Shown: piece after piece, positions 59,066-64,000 of the stretch
How the letters are laid out: every line of letters starts with the position of its first letter
Position numbering within the stretch: the first letter of the stretch is position 1
NCBI GenBank assembly: GCA_963814585.1
Contig: CAWFDF010000008.1
Coordinates: 544,001-608,000, forward strand
Length of the DNA: 64,000 bases
Direction of reading: 5' to 3'
From: an uncultured delta proteobacterium
Lineage (GTDB): Bacteria; Myxococcota; Myxococcia; Myxococcales; Anaeromyxobacteraceae
Notes under the pieces: generated by a model
The model's database searches: none
Seen by the model: the letters and a program-made list of their open reading frames with translations, nothing else
What the model was told of the DNA's origin: nothing
Position numbers and translations under genes: made by a program

Positions 59066-60151
59066 ATGCACGGCCGTCACCTCTTCCCCGCCGCCATCGC
59101 CGCCCTCGCGCTCGCCGCCTGCGGCCACAAGTCCGACAAGGCGGCGCTCCCCGACGCCGGGACCCCGACCCGCGCCGTCAAGGTCACGAAGCCCACCACA
59201 CGGCTGGAGACCGGCCTGGCGCGGGCCACCGGCCCCATCCGGGCCCGCGAGGACGCGGTGCTCGCGGCCAAGGGCTCGGGGCAGATCAAGCGGGTGCTCG
59301 TCCAGGTGGGCGACCGGGTCAAGGCCGGCCAGCCGCTGGTGGAGATGGACGCCGCCATGCAGGCCATCGGCACCGAGAACGCCCGGGCCGCGCTCAAGGT
59401 GGCCGAGGCCAGCCTGGCCTCGGCGCAGCGTGAGCTGAAGCGCGGCCAGGAGCTGAGCGAGCAGCAGGTGCTGCCCGAGGCCAGCTTCGACCGCCTCAAG
59501 ACCGGCGCCGAGATGGCCGCCGCGCAGGCCGAGCAGGCGCGGGCCGGCCTGCGGGCCGCCGAGCAGCAGCTGGCCGACTCGGTCATCACCGCCCCCTTCA
59601 CCGGCGTGATCACCGGCCGCTTCAAGAACGCGGGCGACTCGGTCACCGCCATGCCGCTCACCCCCATCGTCTCCATCGCCGACGTCGACCACCTCGAGGC
59701 CCGGCTGGCCGTGCCCGAGGGCGTGGAGCCCTTCGTCAAGGTCGGCCAGAAGGTCACCGGCGTCACCACCCCGGGCGCCCAGAGGTTCGAGGCGGTGGTC
59801 CGGGTCAAGAACGCCGTGGTCGACCCCGGCAGCCGGACCATCGAGGTGCTGGCCGACGTGATCAAGGTGGAGGGGGTGCCGCTCCGCCCCGGCACGCTGG
59901 CCAACGTCGACTTCGGCGGCTTCGGCGACCGGGACGGGCTCTACGTGCCGTCCAGCGCCGTCCAGGCCGCCGGCAACGAGGCCTGGGTCTTCGTGATCGT
60001 GAACGGCAAGGCCGAGAAGCGCGCCATCAAGCCGGTGCAGGTGAACCCCGGCACGGTGGCGGTGGAGGGCGGGCTCGACGCCAGCGCCGCCGTCATCCTC
60101 GACCCTGGAACGCTGGCGGCGGGCGACGCGGTCGCCCCGCTGGCCGACTGA
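59066..60151 (+). CDS. RND periplasmic adaptor (MFP) lipoprotein
   Basis: LAAC, GDRVKAGQPL, ITAPFTG, VDPGSRT. Confidence 0.93.
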   Translation: MHGRHLFPAAIAALALAACGHKSDKAALPDAGTPTRAVKVTKPTTRLETGLARATGPIRAREDAVLAAKGSGQIKRVLVQVGDRVKAGQPLVEMDAAMQAIGTENARAALKVAEASLASAQRELKRGQELSEQQVLPEASFDRLKTGAEMAAAQAEQARAGLRAAEQQLADSVITAPFTGVITGRFKNAGDSVTAMPLTPIVSIADVDHLEARLAVPEGVEPFVKVGQKVTGVTTPGAQRFEAVVRVKNAVVDPGSRTIEVLADVIKVEGVPLRPGTLANVDFGGFGDRDGLYVPSSAVQAAGNEAWVFVIVNGKAEKRAIKPVQVNPGTVAVEGGLDASAAVILDPGTLAAGDAVAPLAD

Positions 60152-60179
60152 CGCGGCGCCCGCCCGCCCCGGAGCCGCC

Positions 60180-63306
<3,127 letters not shown>

Positions 63307-63366
63307 GGCCCCGACGGCCGAGGGGCGGACGCGGGCTGGTGGCCACCTGAGCGGCGCGCCTCCGGC

Positions 63367-63906
63367 CTACTTCTTGGGGTGGGCGTGCGCCCTCGGCAGG
63401 TACGAGGCGTCGGCCGTGGGGTGGCACTTCGCGCAGAACTCGGCGGTCTGGAAGATCAGCCCGGCCGCCTTGGCCGCGGCCGGGTTCTTCATCACCGAGG
63501 CCTTGGCGTACTCCGACCCGTTGCCGTGGCACCCCTCGCAGTCGAGGGCCTTGCGGGCGTGGCCGGACTTGACCCAGGAGTCGTACTGGAGCTTGTGGCA
63601 GGTCCGGCACTGGCCGGCGCCGAGCTTCTCGCGCTGCGGTGGCGGAGGCGCCTTCCCGACCGTGGACGCCGGTGGCCGGGTGACGGCCCTCTCCGTGGCC
63701 GGAGGCCTGGCCTGGGCAGCCGGCGCCGGCGCCGAACCGGGTTGCTGCGGCGCGGTCGCCGGGACCGACGGGGGTGGTGGTGCCGGCGCCTCGGCAGGTG
63801 CCTTCGCCACCGGCTGCGATGCCTTCGGCGCCTGCTCACCGCACCCGCTCGCGAACAGGGCGAGCACCGAGAAGGCCGTGAGACGGGCTGAGCGTGTCGT
63901 GCACAT
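63367..63906 (-). CDS. Triheme c-type cytochrome lipoprotein (c554-like)
   Basis: Lipobox ASGC, Pro-rich linker, CRTCH, W-xx-SGHA, CEGCHG, CAKCH. Confidence 0.88.
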   Translation of the reverse strand: MCTTRSARLTAFSVLALFASGCGEQAPKASQPVAKAPAEAPAPPPPSVPATAPQQPGSAPAPAAQARPPATERAVTRPPASTVGKAPPPPQREKLGAGQCRTCHKLQYDSWVKSGHARKALDCEGCHGNGSEYAKASVMKNPAAAKAAGLIFQTAEFCAKCHPTADASYLPRAHAHPKK

Positions 63907-64000
63907 GAAGAACGTCGGTCCTTTCGCTGCCACCGGCTGACGCCAGCGAGCTTACCCGGTCCCGGGCCACCGCCCAAGCAGGCCGCGACGCTCCGGCCCG

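Overview
Very GC-rich, gene-dense chromosomal window. It most likely comes from an Anaeromyxobacter-like myxobacterium, inferred from the tmRNA tag ANEPMALAA, a histone-H1-type CarD followed by CarG, an archaeal-type topoisomerase VI pair and several c-type cytochromes. About 50 CDSs can be supported, plus tmRNA. Main blocks: cytochromes/exonuclease (0-2.7 kb); top6B-top6A followed by a 43-aa ultrabasic ORF and a redoxin whose UGA looks like a selenocysteine codon (2.7-6.7 kb); htpX/ADH/bcp/ygfZ/DMT/queG; orphan DNA methyltransferase-carD-carG operon; tmRNA with an integrase remnant and tandem GTCTCCA repeats; DUF3187 barrel, 1890-aa lipoprotein and CsgG/FlgO-like gene; kinase/heme-HAMP sensor/adenylate cyclase operon; acyl-CoA ligase/carboxylase cluster; ferredoxin, S41 protease, VKOR-DsbA; an ECF43-type sigma with a duplicated sigma4 domain, its kinase, a second sigma and an OmpA lipoprotein; cls, TonB, DEAD helicase, DUF748, TetR-RND pump. 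Three single-base homopolymer indels (top6B, carD, RND) probably reflect sequencing error. No CRISPR, rRNA or tRNA was seen. All family calls rest on motif recognition by eye; no searches were run.
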